64,000 nt of DNA from Terriglobia bacterium (GTDB lineage Bacteria; Acidobacteriota; Terriglobia; UBA7540): NCBI GenBank assembly GCA_050013575.1, contig JBEKEZ010000002.1, forward strand, positions 192,736 through 256,735, written 5' to 3'. Positions within the stretch are counted from its first letter, which is position 1; every line of letters starts with the position of its first letter. The translations under genes were made by a program, and so were the position numbers. Positions 1 through 9,268 of this stretch are shown here, in pieces. The notes under the pieces are model-generated. The model searched no databases, was not told the DNA's origin, and saw nothing but the letters and a program-made list of their open reading frames with translations.

Positions 1-182
1 TGGAGGATGTCTTGAAGACCCTGTTGCGGACTGGCAGCGCTGGTGGATTGTGCGGCTCCTGCTGCCGCCGTCGCGCGTGCGTCTTCAGCTTGCGCGTGAG
101 CCATCGGCATCAGCAGCGCCGCGCCAAGGAGAAAGCTGACCAAGGTTGTGCCAAAGAATTTGTGCAATTTGAGAATCATCAT
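1..182 (-). CDS. 5' end of a secreted-protein gene (continues beyond window start)
   Basis: Own translation of the minus strand from ATG at 182-180 gives MMILKLHKFFGTTLVSFLLGAALLMPMAHAQAEDARATAAAG... This is an n-h-c signal peptide with an AHA-Q type cleavage site. The frame stays open to position 1. It is absent from the ORF track because there is no stop in the window. Confidence 0.4.
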   Translation of the reverse strand, partial: MMILKLHKFFGTTLVSFLLGAALLMPMAHAQAEDARATAAAGAAQSTSAASPQQGLQDIL

Positions 183-208
183 GTTTTGCGCCCCCCGGGG
201 AGCAAGAG

Positions 209-263
209 GTCAGAACCGAGAAGCGTCATTCTGACTTCTGGCTTTTGACTTCTTACTTCTCTT
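209..263. repeat. heptad-phased repeat array with short hairpin (H0)
   Basis: gtcagaa (209-215) pairs with ttctgac (229-235). Then five units in strict 7-nt phase: ttctgac ttctggc ttttgac ttcttac ttctctt (229-263). Confidence 0.6.
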
Positions 264-344
264 TGCGATTTGGTGTCTCGATGGTAAGGCAGGTTTCGCT
301 GCGGGCCAAGCTGAAAATGAGCGGCGATCGCGTCCTGCCATTCC

Positions 345-374
345 TTGACACTTTTTTCAGCGCGCCCGTATAAT
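345..374 (+). promoter_or_regulatory. sigma70-type promoter upstream of lysS
   Basis: TTGACA (345-350), 18-nt spacer, TATAAT (369-374), 44 nt upstream of the lysS ATG. An 11-bp perfect stem (376-386 with 403-413) lies between the -10 box and the AAGGG Shine-Dalgarno. Confidence 0.55.
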
Positions 375-417
375 CTCGCTCTGATCCGCGCCGCAGCCAA
401 TCGATCAGAGCGAAGGG

Positions 418-1980
418 ATGTCATCGTTGTCAGACCCAAGCCAGGAAGCCCCGGACCTTATCCAGCAGCGGAAGAAAAAGCTGCTCGCCATCGCGGAGCT
501 CGGCTTCGAGCTTTACCCGCGCAAGATTGATTTCACTCACACCCTGCCTCAGATCCTCGCCGAATACTCGTCGCGGACGGGCGACGAGTTGGCCGCCCAG
601 AAAATTCCCGTCCGCATTGCCGGGCGCGTGATGAGCTTGCGCCCGCACGGCAAAGCGGGCTTCGCGCACCTGGCGGGCGGCGGCGCCAAGCTGCAAATTT
701 ACGTTCGTTTGGACGCGGTGGGGGAGCGTGATTGGAAGCTCTATCAGCTCCTCGATCTCGGCGACCTGATCGGCGCGGAGGGCTATCTGTTTCGCACTCG
801 CACCGGCGAGCTCACCGTGCACGTCGAGCGCCTCCACTTTCTGGCCAAGGCGCTGCTGCCCTTGCCGGAAAAATGGCACGGCCTGGCCGATGTCGAGATC
901 CGATATCGCCAGCGCTACCTGGACCTGATGGTGAATGCCGAGGTGCGCGAAGTCTTTGTGAAACGCGCCCGCATGATCGGCGCTCTGCGCGAGTTCTTTG
1001 AGTCCGAGGGTTACATCGAGGTCGAAACCCCCATGATGCAGCCCCTGGCGGGCGGCGCCATGGCCCGGCCTTTTGTCACCCATCACAATGCGCTCGATAT
1101 CGATCTCTTCCTTCGCATCGCGCCCGAGCTTTACTTGAAACGATTGACCGTCGGAGGTCTCGACCGGGTTTTTGAGATCAACCGCAATTTTCGCAATGAA
1201 GGTATTTCCACGCAGCACAATCCCGAGTTCACGATGCTCGAGTTTTATCAGGCTTATGCCGATTACCGGGACCTGATGACGCTCACCGAGCGGTTGCTTC
1301 AGCACGTGGCGAAGGCCGTAACAGGATCACTCGATTTTGATTACGGCGAGCATCACATTTCCTTCGCGCGCTTCGAGCGCCTCACCATGAAAGAGGCGGT
1401 GGTGAAATTCTGGCCGGGCGAAGCCACGCCGGCGCCCAAGGTTGAAGACCTGGGAGACATGAAAAACATTGCCCGCTGGGTCGAGATCTACAATCGCTGG
1501 TCGGTGCGCTCGGGCAGCGGCCACGAGGCCATCAGCCTCGATCCCACCGCCGCGCCCGGCCTCCTGCTGCAAGAGCTTTTCGAGGCGGTCGCCGAGCGCC
1601 ACCTGATTCAGCCGACATTTGTCATGGACTATCCGCTCGAAGTTTCACCCCTCTCCAAGCAGAAACCGGACGACCCGAATTTCGTGGAGCGATTCGAGCT
1701 TTACGTGGGCGGGATGGAAATCGCCAACGCCTTTAGCGAGCTCAACGATCCCGCCGAACAGCGCGACCGCTTCGCGTACCAGCAGATGCTGCGCGAGAAG
1801 GGCGACCTCTCCGCCCACGCCATCGATGAGGACTACATCCGCGCCCTCAGTTACGGCATGCCACCGACGGGCGGCGAAGGCATCGGCATCGACCGCCTCG
1901 CCATGCTGCTCACCAATTCCCGTTCCATCCGCGATGTGATTTTGTTTCCTCTGCTCCGGCCGGAAAAGCACTCGGACTGA
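418..1980 (+). CDS. lysS: lysine--tRNA ligase, class II
   Basis: 520-aa ORF with an N-terminal OB-fold region and a class II catalytic core. Motifs: [13 protein letters not shown]...[11 protein letters not shown] (motif 2 region) and [14 protein letters not shown] (motif 3). Length and motifs are typical of bacterial LysRS. Confidence 0.95.
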   Translation: MSSLSDPSQEAPDLIQQRKKKLLAIAELGFELYPRKIDFTHTLPQILAEYSSRTGDELAAQKIPVRIAGRVMSLRPHGKAGFAHLAGGGAKLQIYVRLDAVGERDWKLYQLLDLGDLIGAEGYLFRTRTGELTVHVERLHFLAKALLPLPEKWHGLADVEIRYRQRYLDLMVNAEVREVFVKRARMIGALREFFESEGYIEVETPMMQPLAGGAMARPFVTHHNALDIDLFLRIAPELYLKRLTVGGLDRVFEINRNFRNEGISTQHNPEFTMLEFYQAYADYRDLMTLTERLLQHVAKAVTGSLDFDYGEHHISFARFERLTMKEAVVKFWPGEATPAPKVEDLGDMKNIARWVEIYNRWSVRSGSGHEAISLDPTAAPGLLLQELFEAVAERHLIQPTFVMDYPLEVSPLSKQKPDDPNFVERFELYVGGMEIANAFSELNDPAEQRDRFAYQQMLREKGDLSAHAIDEDYIRALSYGMPPTGGEGIGIDRLAMLLTNSRSIRDVILFPLLRPEKHSD

Positions 1981-2273
1981 ACTCGGCCGCGCCGAGATGA
2001 AGGCCGGCGCCGATTCCCAGGATGCGGACACTACACGCGCCCAGGCGCGTCACTTCGGTGGTTTTTTGATTGGGAGCGGCCAGTCACTCAGCCGCGCGAC
2101 TGAACGCGGTCGAGTGGAAGCTTCTTATCGCCTGGAGGACAGGCGTACTCTGGCCAATGAAAAGGATGTCTCGCAGACTGGCGGGCTGGGATTAGGCGCC
2201 CACGTGCAAAGGAAGGGATGTTGAGAGCTGATACGTGCGACCGGGCGGCGGGTGTTTGCGGGAGCCAGGGTAT

Positions 2274-2858
2274 TCAGGGTGCGGCGGCGTGTGAACCACT
2301 GATACGAGCGCGCAGAATCTGGAAGACCACGTGGAGAAGGATGAGATGAGCGTCCTCGGCCTTTTGCATGTCGTCGACCGGCGCCACGACAGGAGTCCGC
2401 GCCAGGCGTGCCAGCTTGCCGCCATCGAAGCCGCTCAGGCCAACGGTGTGCGCTCCGTGGTTGTTGGCGTACTCGATGGCCTTCAGGACGTTGGGTGAAT
2501 TTCCGCTTCCGGAGAGGGCAACAACCAAGTCGCCGACCTTGAGAAAATTCTTGAGTGGTTCGATGAAAACGTCCTCGTAGGAAACGTCGTTGGCATAGGC
2601 CATTAGCAGCGGCAAGTTGTCGTTCAGACAAATCGCCCGAAAGCGTTTCTGCCGGCCGAACGAAAGGCTTTTGTTCAGGTCGCAAGTAATATGCGAAGCC
2701 GTGGAAGCGCTGCCGCCATTGCCCATCAGGAAGACCTGCCGTTCCTCTTCGTAAGCCGACTCCAAGAGGTGCACGAATTCCTCAAACCGGTCCTGGGAGA
2801 CACCGGCAAGGGCCTTCGACAACTCGGATTGATAGTCTGCGAAGAATTGACGGATCAT
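2274..2858 (-). CDS. SIS-domain sugar-phosphate isomerase (GmhA/phosphoheptose-isomerase-like)
   Basis: 194 aa. SIS motifs FLMGNGGSASTASH and ALSGSGNSPNVLKA. It is the last gene of the minus-strand polysaccharide locus. Confidence 0.75.
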   Translation of the reverse strand: MIRQFFADYQSELSKALAGVSQDRFEEFVHLLESAYEEERQVFLMGNGGSASTASHITCDLNKSLSFGRQKRFRAICLNDNLPLLMAYANDVSYEDVFIEPLKNFLKVGDLVVALSGSGNSPNVLKAIEYANNHGAHTVGLSGFDGGKLARLARTPVVAPVDDMQKAEDAHLILLHVVFQILRARISGSHAAAP

Positions 2859-2909
2859 GGTCTGCGCCAGGGCACGTCCCCTTTGACAGATCTCTGCGCC
2901 GCGCGCGGC

Positions 2910-4868
2910 CTACTCCGCTCCGGCCGTTCGAACAACCGAGGACTCAAAGCACCGGTTAAACTCCGGAAGAAGGCGCTGAACCTCTTGTGACGCATTGCGG
3001 GTTGCGGCGTGCTCCAAGGCGGCTAACTTCTCCTGAAACGCTGCAAAGTGCAAAGCCCTGGGGCGCACCACCCAAATCTTTTCGAATTGCGTGGGCGAGG
3101 CAGTCTCCGTATCCGGATCGAACAATTCCTCCGTCAGTTTTTCTCCGGGGCGCAATTGAGTGACCTCAATCTGAATATCCTTGCCGGGTCGAAGCCCCGA
3201 AAGCTCGATCAGATCGTTCGCCAAGTCGACGATGGGAACAGGGTCGCCCATATCGAGGACGAAGATTTCGCCGGACGACGCCAGCGCTCCCGCCTGAATC
3301 ACCAGGCGAACGGCTTCTGGAATCGTCATCATATACCGCTTCATGTCAGGATGGGTGAGGGTGAGCGGCCCGCCTCGCAGAATCTGTTTTTGGAATAACG
3401 GAATGACGCTTCCCCGGCTCCCCATGACGTTTCCAAAACGCACGCAGGCAAAGCTCGTGGCTTGGCCGTTCCGGCTGTGGGCCTGGACGATGAGTTCGCC
3501 GACGCGCTTCGTCGCACCCATGACGGACAAGGGCTTGACGGCCTTGTCGGTGGAAATGAAGATAAATCGAGAAACGCCGGCGGCCTGCGACTCCTCAACC
3601 AGATTGCGAGTCCCGATCACGTTGTTCAAGACCGCTTCACAGGGGTTGAGTTCCATCAAAGGGACGTGTTTGTGCGCAGCGGCGTGAAAAACGATGTCCG
3701 GCCGGAACTCCGAAAAGACCGCCCGGAGCCGCTCTCGGAATCGGATGTCAGCCACGACCGGATGAATCTCGGGCCCCGCCGCCCCGGCGCTGAGGTGGCC
3801 TGCAACGTCATGAAGACCATTCTCATCTTTGTCGAAAAGAATCAGTCTCTCAGCTTTCAGATTAAATAACTGGTGAGCCAGCTCGGAGCCAATGGAGCCA
3901 CCCGCGCCGGTAATAAGGATGCGGGTCCCTTGATAAGCGGCGTCCACCTGCGCGGCGCCCACCGATAGGTCGACCGTCTCGCGCCCGAGCAGGTCGTCCA
4001 TCTGCACTTCGCGAAAAGCGGCGATGTTGAGTTTGCCGTGCAAGATCTCCTCGAGCGTGGGAATGATCTTCATTTCGACAGAGAGATGCTCGGAGAGAGC
4101 CCACAATCGCTTCAGCGTGGAACGCGGGGGGCGGGTTATGGCGATGACGACCTGGTCCACGTTGTGTTCCTTGACGGCGGTCGCCATGAAGCTCGTAGGA
4201 CCCAACACACGAACACCATTGATGACCGCGCCGACCTTCCTGAAGTCATCATCTAGGAAACCGACGAGTTCAACCTGCGGGTTCGCCTCCATCTCTTTGG
4301 CGAGGCGAACGCCCGCCTGCCCCGCGCCCACCAGCAATATTCGGGTAGACTTCGCGGAGCTCCCATTTCCATTGCCTCCGCCCTGATATCGGAGGCGGCG
4401 GAGAGCCCGCACGCCCATACAGCCGCCCAGCGATAAGCAATATTCGAGAACAATCACGCTGAGCGGAACATGAAGCCAAAACGCGAATGGAACTGAGATA
4501 GGGTATAGAAAGCGGAGCACGAGGAGAAATGCGCTGACGATACTCATGGACCGAGCCATGCTGATGGCGTCAGGAAGGGACACATAGCGCCAAATCGACC
4601 GGTAAATCCCTAACTTCCAGTTGACATAGACTCTGGTGGCCACGAGGTACGGAAACCAGAGGAGAAATTGCTTCAGTGCCGCCCACGGCGGGAGACCTTC
4701 AAACCGAATAAGGTACGCAATGAAGAAGGAGATCGAAAAAATACAAGCGTCGATGATGACTTTGTTAGTTCGGGTGTAAATTCCGGGTTTCATGATTCGG
4801 ACTTGGCTCCTTGGCGGACGTGGAACATTGAAATCGAATAGGCCGCGGTTCACCTGACCGGGCCGCAA
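2910..4868 (-). CDS. membrane-bound nucleotide-sugar 4,6-dehydratase (CapD/PglF/WbpM family)
   Basis: N-terminal multi-TM region, then Rossmann segments LLVGAGQAG and ILITGAGGSIGSEL and a CapD-like C-terminal half. The real start is probably the ATG at 4793 (MKPGIYTRTNKV...). Confidence 0.85.
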   Translation of the reverse strand: MRPGQVNRGLFDFNVPRPPRSQVRIMKPGIYTRTNKVIIDACIFSISFFIAYLIRFEGLPPWAALKQFLLWFPYLVATRVYVNWKLGIYRSIWRYVSLPDAISMARSMSIVSAFLLVLRFLYPISVPFAFWLHVPLSVIVLEYCLSLGGCMGVRALRRLRYQGGGNGNGSSAKSTRILLVGAGQAGVRLAKEMEANPQVELVGFLDDDFRKVGAVINGVRVLGPTSFMATAVKEHNVDQVVIAITRPPRSTLKRLWALSEHLSVEMKIIPTLEEILHGKLNIAAFREVQMDDLLGRETVDLSVGAAQVDAAYQGTRILITGAGGSIGSELAHQLFNLKAERLILFDKDENGLHDVAGHLSAGAAGPEIHPVVADIRFRERLRAVFSEFRPDIVFHAAAHKHVPLMELNPCEAVLNNVIGTRNLVEESQAAGVSRFIFISTDKAVKPLSVMGATKRVGELIVQAHSRNGQATSFACVRFGNVMGSRGSVIPLFQKQILRGGPLTLTHPDMKRYMMTIPEAVRLVIQAGALASSGEIFVLDMGDPVPIVDLANDLIELSGLRPGKDIQIEVTQLRPGEKLTEELFDPDTETASPTQFEKIWVVRPRALHFAAFQEKLAALEHAATRNASQEVQRLLPEFNRCFESSVVRTAGAE

Positions 4869-4966
4869 TGCCTACATAAAGGCACCACGAGTCTCGCCGC
4901 TCCAGCTCTGGAGAGAATCGAGCCCCTCAGTCGATCACAACCCCAGCGCGAAGACGGGGTCATTTC

Positions 4967-5365
4967 TCACAGGCTCCTGTTCCACCCTGCGGAACGGGCG
5001 CATCGCAGGAACGTAATGTCGCTTCCCAGTAGGCCTTCACAGCTCGCAGGGTTGCTTGCAATGAATGTTGAGGCCTTCCACCCCACAGCCTGCTCTGCCT
5101 TGTGCGCCGCTCCCCAAAGCTCGACCGCTTCTGCGCGCCTGATGCGAGAGGGGTCGACCACGACCTGGATTGGTCGCGAGCTCAACCCTATCAGAATTTG
5201 CAGAACCTCCGCGATGGAAACGCTCCGCCCTGACCCAAGTTGATAGACCTCTCCCGGCTCGCCTTCCTCGAGCAACAAGTGGTAGCCGCGGACGATGTCG
5301 CGCCCATCGCTAAAGTCACGGCGCGCCTTGCTGAGCCGATCGGAAGACGGGCCAGCCTGGCATCA
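4967..5365 (-). pseudogene. 3' relic of an NAD-dependent sugar epimerase/reductase (GMD/Rmd-like SDR)
   Basis: The frame reads ...DRLSKARRDFSDGRDIVRGYHLLLEEGEPGEVYQLGSGRSVSIAEVLQIL...DPSRIRRAEAVELWGAAHKAEQAVGWK. This matches only the C-terminal third of extended SDRs. An in-frame TGA lies just upstream, there is no Rossmann N-domain, and the relic abuts the stop of the 5442-7085 gene. Confidence 0.55.
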
Positions 5366-5441
5366 CTTCGCGGCCACGGTCCAGTTGGTGCCGTCGCAGT
5401 ACGCCAGCACATGATTCGTACCGTCCCTTTATCCGCGATAC

Positions 5442-5735
5442 TCACATATTCGCCGCGCCAGTACTCAGCGCGTAGGCGTTGGTGCCGTTAAAGATGAAGC
5501 TCTGCGCACTGCATTTCGAGGCCGTCGAGCCGATAGTCATTCCCCCTAAAACGTTGGTGGGCCAGACGAAAGTATGACTGCCACCGCTGTCCTGGCAGAT
5601 GACGAAGTTGATCGTCTCGCCCGCTCTGGCGTTCGAGAGGGTCGAGCTGGTCACATTACCGGTGAGCGTGATCGTTTGCGTGTTGCCGAGCGAGGCATCG
5701 AAGGTTGGCGTGCTAGAAAAGCTGACGGTGTTGAG
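5442..5735. repeat. dispersed repeat copy 1 (encodes the shared C-terminal module)
   Basis: Nucleotide-level similarity to 54731-55024, for example aagctctgcgcRctgcatttcgaggcSgtcgagccRatMgtcatt. Both copies are 97 codons with no gaps. Confidence 0.8.
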
Positions 5736-7085
5736 CGTCCCGGCGTAGACCTTAAACACGTTTGGCAATTGCGATGTCCACGTCGCCCCTGCGGAATTAA
5801 TGAACTCTGTGGAGGAGCCGTCGATATGGCCGCGCAGGTAGTGAACGTTCGTGTTGGTGCTGTCGATGTAGAGGCCGGAACTATGTCCCCCGGACTGACC
5901 ATCCGAAAGGTGGGGATGTTCCAAGAACAGACCGTCGGTGTTAATGGCGTAAACTTCGGCGTAAGCTCCGGTTTCCCCCGCGTCGTTAAACTGCTCTCCG
6001 AGCATATGGATGCCAACGACCAGGCCATTGGTCCCATCGAGGTATACATCATACGATCCAGACCCCGCGAGGCCGTTCCCTTGATAACTGTTTCCAATAA
6101 ATGTAATGTCCGAAGTGGCGTATCCGGCGTTAGGTTTGAGATGAACGGCCCCTCCGGCAGTCACCTGGTTGCAGCCAATAAAGGTGTTTCGAGAAATCGT
6201 CATTTGGCCTATGCCGTATTCGCCGACAATGGCTCGACCCGCGATAGAAGCAAACTGCGATTGGTCAACTAGTGAGCCCGTGGTGTTTGCATTACCGTAG
6301 CGGATCCCTCCCGTCGTCCAACCAATCTGGACTTGACGAATTCGACTGAAATCAAGAGCGGCAGGACCTGGCGCGTTGAAATTTACTGCGTAACCAGATG
6401 TGTAGGCACCGCCGCCTGCCGGACCACTAAAAGTCATTTTGTCGATGTCAACAAACATCGCCTGAGTGCCGTTCAAGCGCACATGGTCGCGTGTATTAGT
6501 GTTGCCATTGATACGGAAGCCCGACAAGGTTAGCCGAGGTGATGAGTTGGCATCAGCACTAATTGCATCGGTGGCTGCACCTGTAGGATTAAACGTGAAC
6601 AACGTCGCCGCGCCGGTCAAACCGCCGTATCCAATACTGTATGGAGGTCCAGCACTGCCGCATCCGAAGACAGTCAACTGAGGTGAGCCGGTAATGAGAA
6701 AAAGGCTGCTGGCTCCGGTATACGTAAACGTCACGCCGCAACCGAGAAGAATCGTAACGTCCTTCGAGATGGTCACGGTACTCCAATTCTGTGCACCTAC
6801 AAGTCCCCGTGCATCACACGTCCCACCCGTCGCAGGCAAGCTCGCAATACAAGCGATAATCTTCGCTCCGCCGTCAGAGCCCGGCATGAGATCGGCGCGG
6901 ACAGTCGGGCCTTGAGTGTTCGGGTCAACAAACCAGCTACGGACATCGGGCATACGCAGGCTAGGGGTCTGGGGCTGTTGTGCACGCAAGCGCGCGCTGG
7001 AAATTAGAAAATGGAATACAGAAATTAGGAGGAGCACCACCAGTTGCCAATCTCCAGTTTCCAGTTTCTGACTTGGATTCTTCAT
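5442..7085 (-). CDS. secreted right-handed beta-helix (pectate-lyase/tailspike-like) protein with conserved 97-aa C-terminal module
   Basis: Leader is MKNPSQKLETGDWQLVVLLLISVFHFLISSARLRAQQPQ. The body is Gly/Thr/Asn-rich and repetitive (GAKIIACIASLPATGGTCDARG..., GNSYQGNG...). The C-terminal 97 aa are about 77% identical, ungapped, to the C-terminus of the 54731-57916 protein. The ORF track extends to 7139; ATG 7085 is preferred. Confidence 0.7.
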   Translation of the reverse strand: MKNPSQKLETGDWQLVVLLLISVFHFLISSARLRAQQPQTPSLRMPDVRSWFVDPNTQGPTVRADLMPGSDGGAKIIACIASLPATGGTCDARGLVGAQNWSTVTISKDVTILLGCGVTFTYTGASSLFLITGSPQLTVFGCGSAGPPYSIGYGGLTGAATLFTFNPTGAATDAISADANSSPRLTLSGFRINGNTNTRDHVRLNGTQAMFVDIDKMTFSGPAGGGAYTSGYAVNFNAPGPAALDFSRIRQVQIGWTTGGIRYGNANTTGSLVDQSQFASIAGRAIVGEYGIGQMTISRNTFIGCNQVTAGGAVHLKPNAGYATSDITFIGNSYQGNGLAGSGSYDVYLDGTNGLVVGIHMLGEQFNDAGETGAYAEVYAINTDGLFLEHPHLSDGQSGGHSSGLYIDSTNTNVHYLRGHIDGSSTEFINSAGATWTSQLPNVFKVYAGTLNTVSFSSTPTFDASLGNTQTITLTGNVTSSTLSNARAGETINFVICQDSGGSHTFVWPTNVLGGMTIGSTASKCSAQSFIFNGTNAYALSTGAANM

Positions 7086-7089
7086 TTTG
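6999..7089. repeat. heptad-phased inverted arms inside the leader coding region (H1)
   Basis: Arm A: ggaaatt agaaaat ggaatac agaaatt aggagga (6999-7033). Arm B: cagttgc caatctc cagtttc cagtttc tgacttg gattctt cattttg (7041-7089). The arms are imperfectly complementary, and the start codon lies in the last unit. Confidence 0.6.
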
Positions 7090-7200
7090 CACCACGCTCC
7101 AACACTGTCGGCTGGTCCGGGCGTGCGGCGAAGGAACAAGCGAAAAGGGTACCGTCAATTATTGGCTGATTCGTTTGGCTGTAAGGGTCAAACCTTCGCT

Positions 7201-7881
7201 TCACGCCTGAGTATGTCCTCTGTTCTCCCTGGTGGAATCAAAGAGTCGCAGGATGGTACGAAAGAGAAGCTTGAAGTCCCCGACAAGACTGGCCATCTGG
7301 CAGTAGGCCAGGTCAAGCTCCAACTTGCGTGCCAAGATTGTGCCGACATAAAAACTCTCGATGTCGGGATGGCGGGCAAGCAGCCGCTCTTCGTCAATGA
7401 ATGCCAAGGAAGCGGGCCCGGTCATTCCCGGCTTGAATTCCAGCAACTTTCGTTGCTGGCGCGAGTAAGTTACCACGTACTCCGGGAGTTCCGGGCGCGG
7501 GCCGACGAGGCTCATTTCCCCTCGCAGGACGTTGAGCAATTGCGGGATTTCGTCCAGTTTGGTCTTGCGAAGCCACTTCCCAACCCTGGTTATGCGTGCA
7601 TCACCCGAACCGGTAAGTTTAGGGCCCTGGCGGTCCGCGTGTTGGACCATCGTTCGGAGTTTGAGGATTTGGAAAGGGTCGCCCGCCTGCCCGACGCGCC
7701 ATTGGCGGAAGATGATAGGCCCGGGTGATTCAAGATGGATCGCTATTGCACATAATCCTAGAATCGGGCTGGTGATCATCAGGCCGGCTAGGGCGCCCAA
7801 CACGTCGAGGATTCTCTTCCCATACTCGAGGTAGAACGTACTTTGGCGGTCGATTGCTACCTCTTCTCTAGTTTCCATCAA
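7201..7881 (-). CDS. initiating phosphoglycosyl transferase (bacterial sugar transferase, PglC/WbaP C-domain type)
   Basis: 226 aa with one N-terminal TM segment. Motifs: SPGPIIFRQWRVG, FQILKLRTM, DARITRVGKWLRKTKLDEIPQLLNVLRGEMSLVGPRP. Confidence 0.9.
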   Translation of the reverse strand: MMETREEVAIDRQSTFYLEYGKRILDVLGALAGLMITSPILGLCAIAIHLESPGPIIFRQWRVGQAGDPFQILKLRTMVQHADRQGPKLTGSGDARITRVGKWLRKTKLDEIPQLLNVLRGEMSLVGPRPELPEYVVTYSRQQRKLLEFKPGMTGPASLAFIDEERLLARHPDIESFYVGTILARKLELDLAYCQMASLVGDFKLLFRTILRLFDSTRENRGHTQA

Positions 7882-8022
7882 ACTCCAGGATGGTATTCCC
7901 GAATATATTACAGTTTTCTACCCAGCCTATGAACGATTCGTATTATGGCTCTCGAACGACGAATCCGCATTGCTCAGCATCACGGTGGACGACCGGGGCG
8001 CGGCTGAATTCCGATTTCTCCC

Positions 8023-9198
8023 TCATCGACGAAACTTCTGTGCAATATCAGTCAGACTCTCAATCACGCGGTCGACGTCATTATCTGTCATGCCGGGATA
8101 GATGGGCAACGAAATACACCGCTCAAAGTAATTCTCTGCCACCGGGAACTCACCCGGCCGATAGCCCCACTCCCTTTGGTAGTAAGGATGGAGGTGCAAG
8201 GGAATGAAGTGCACTGCCGTACCGATTCCGCGCTGATGCAACTCTTCGATAACTTGGTCACGATGCATGCGCACCACGGCTGGTTCCACCAGGATGACGT
8301 AAAGATGCCAAGCGTGTTGAACGTGGGGCGCGACCGGCGGCGTTCGATATGCATCCACCGGAGAGAGGCCCTGGCTGTATCTTTTGGCGATAGCCAGGCG
8401 CCGTCTCCACATGGCGTCACACTTGGCAAGCTGTACCAGCCCCAACGCCGCCTGAATATCCGTCAGGTTGTACTTGAATCCAGCTTCCAAAACCTCGTAA
8501 CGCCACGAACCTTGTGCACTGTATCGTTTCCAAGCATCCTGGCTCATCCCGTGGAGCCGCATGAGGCTGATCCGGGAAGCCAGTCGGTCATCGTCGGTGG
8601 TCACCATTCCACCTTCGCCAGTGGTAATCGTCTTTGTCGCATAGAAACTGAAAGCTGTAATGGGACTCACCGTCCCGATAGAACGCTCGTGGTACTTCGC
8701 GGGCAGCGCGTGCGCAGCGTCCTCAATGGGCAGCAATCCCTTCGCTTTAGCCAATTCAAGCAGCGCATTCATATCACAAGGATGGCCGGCAAAGTGAACG
8801 GGGATGATGGCGCGCGTCCTAGCCGTAATCTTCTTCTCGGCATCGGGCATGTCCAGATTGAAGTAGCAAGGTTCACAATCAACCAAGACCGGCTTGGCCT
8901 TGAAATAGGCAACCACCTCCGCCGTGGCCGTAAAGGTCAGGGTCGGCACCAGGACTTCTTCACCTTCTTTGAGTCCGATGGCATCCAAGGCGAGGTGAAG
9001 CGCGGCTGTGCAGGAGCTCACGGCCAGGGCATGTTTGCAGCCGATATAGCGCGCAAAAGCCTCTTCCAACTGCTGGGTCTTCGGGCCCGTCGTCAGCCAG
9101 CCGTTGCGGAGCACTTCCGAAACCGCCTCGATTTCTTCCTGCCCGATCGAGGGGCGATGAAAGGGGATAAAGGATTCCTTACTCACAGGTCGGATCAC
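8023..9198 (-). CDS. DegT/DnrJ/EryC1 family nucleotide-sugar aminotransferase (PglE-like)
   Basis: 391 aa. The PLP-lysine context SFYATKTITTGEGGMVTT and an N-terminal PFHRPSIGQEEIEAV are typical of the family. Confidence 0.9.
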   Translation of the reverse strand: MIRPVSKESFIPFHRPSIGQEEIEAVSEVLRNGWLTTGPKTQQLEEAFARYIGCKHALAVSSCTAALHLALDAIGLKEGEEVLVPTLTFTATAEVVAYFKAKPVLVDCEPCYFNLDMPDAEKKITARTRAIIPVHFAGHPCDMNALLELAKAKGLLPIEDAAHALPAKYHERSIGTVSPITAFSFYATKTITTGEGGMVTTDDDRLASRISLMRLHGMSQDAWKRYSAQGSWRYEVLEAGFKYNLTDIQAALGLVQLAKCDAMWRRRLAIAKRYSQGLSPVDAYRTPPVAPHVQHAWHLYVILVEPAVVRMHRDQVIEELHQRGIGTAVHFIPLHLHPYYQREWGYRPGEFPVAENYFERCISLPIYPGMTDNDVDRVIESLTDIAQKFRR

Positions 9199-9268
9199 TC
9201 TGCCTCGGCTGTCGTTAGTTGCTGAAGTCGCCTCTGCCCAGCCTGAAGTCAGTCTTCAGACCTTGGGC

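Noticed and set aside
179-439. An 86-aa minus-strand ORF spanning the lysS promoter region.
   Set aside because: It overlaps the consensus lysS promoter, the heptad array and the lysS start. Its composition is Arg-rich and it has no motif. It is likely spurious.
5442-5735. A diversity-generating retroelement (template/variable repeat) as the explanation for the two similar C-terminal modules.
   Set aside because: No reverse transcriptase or accessory gene is in the window. The differences between the copies involve all four bases and many are synonymous, with no adenine-specific pattern. The copies are 48 kb apart and each is in a different gene.
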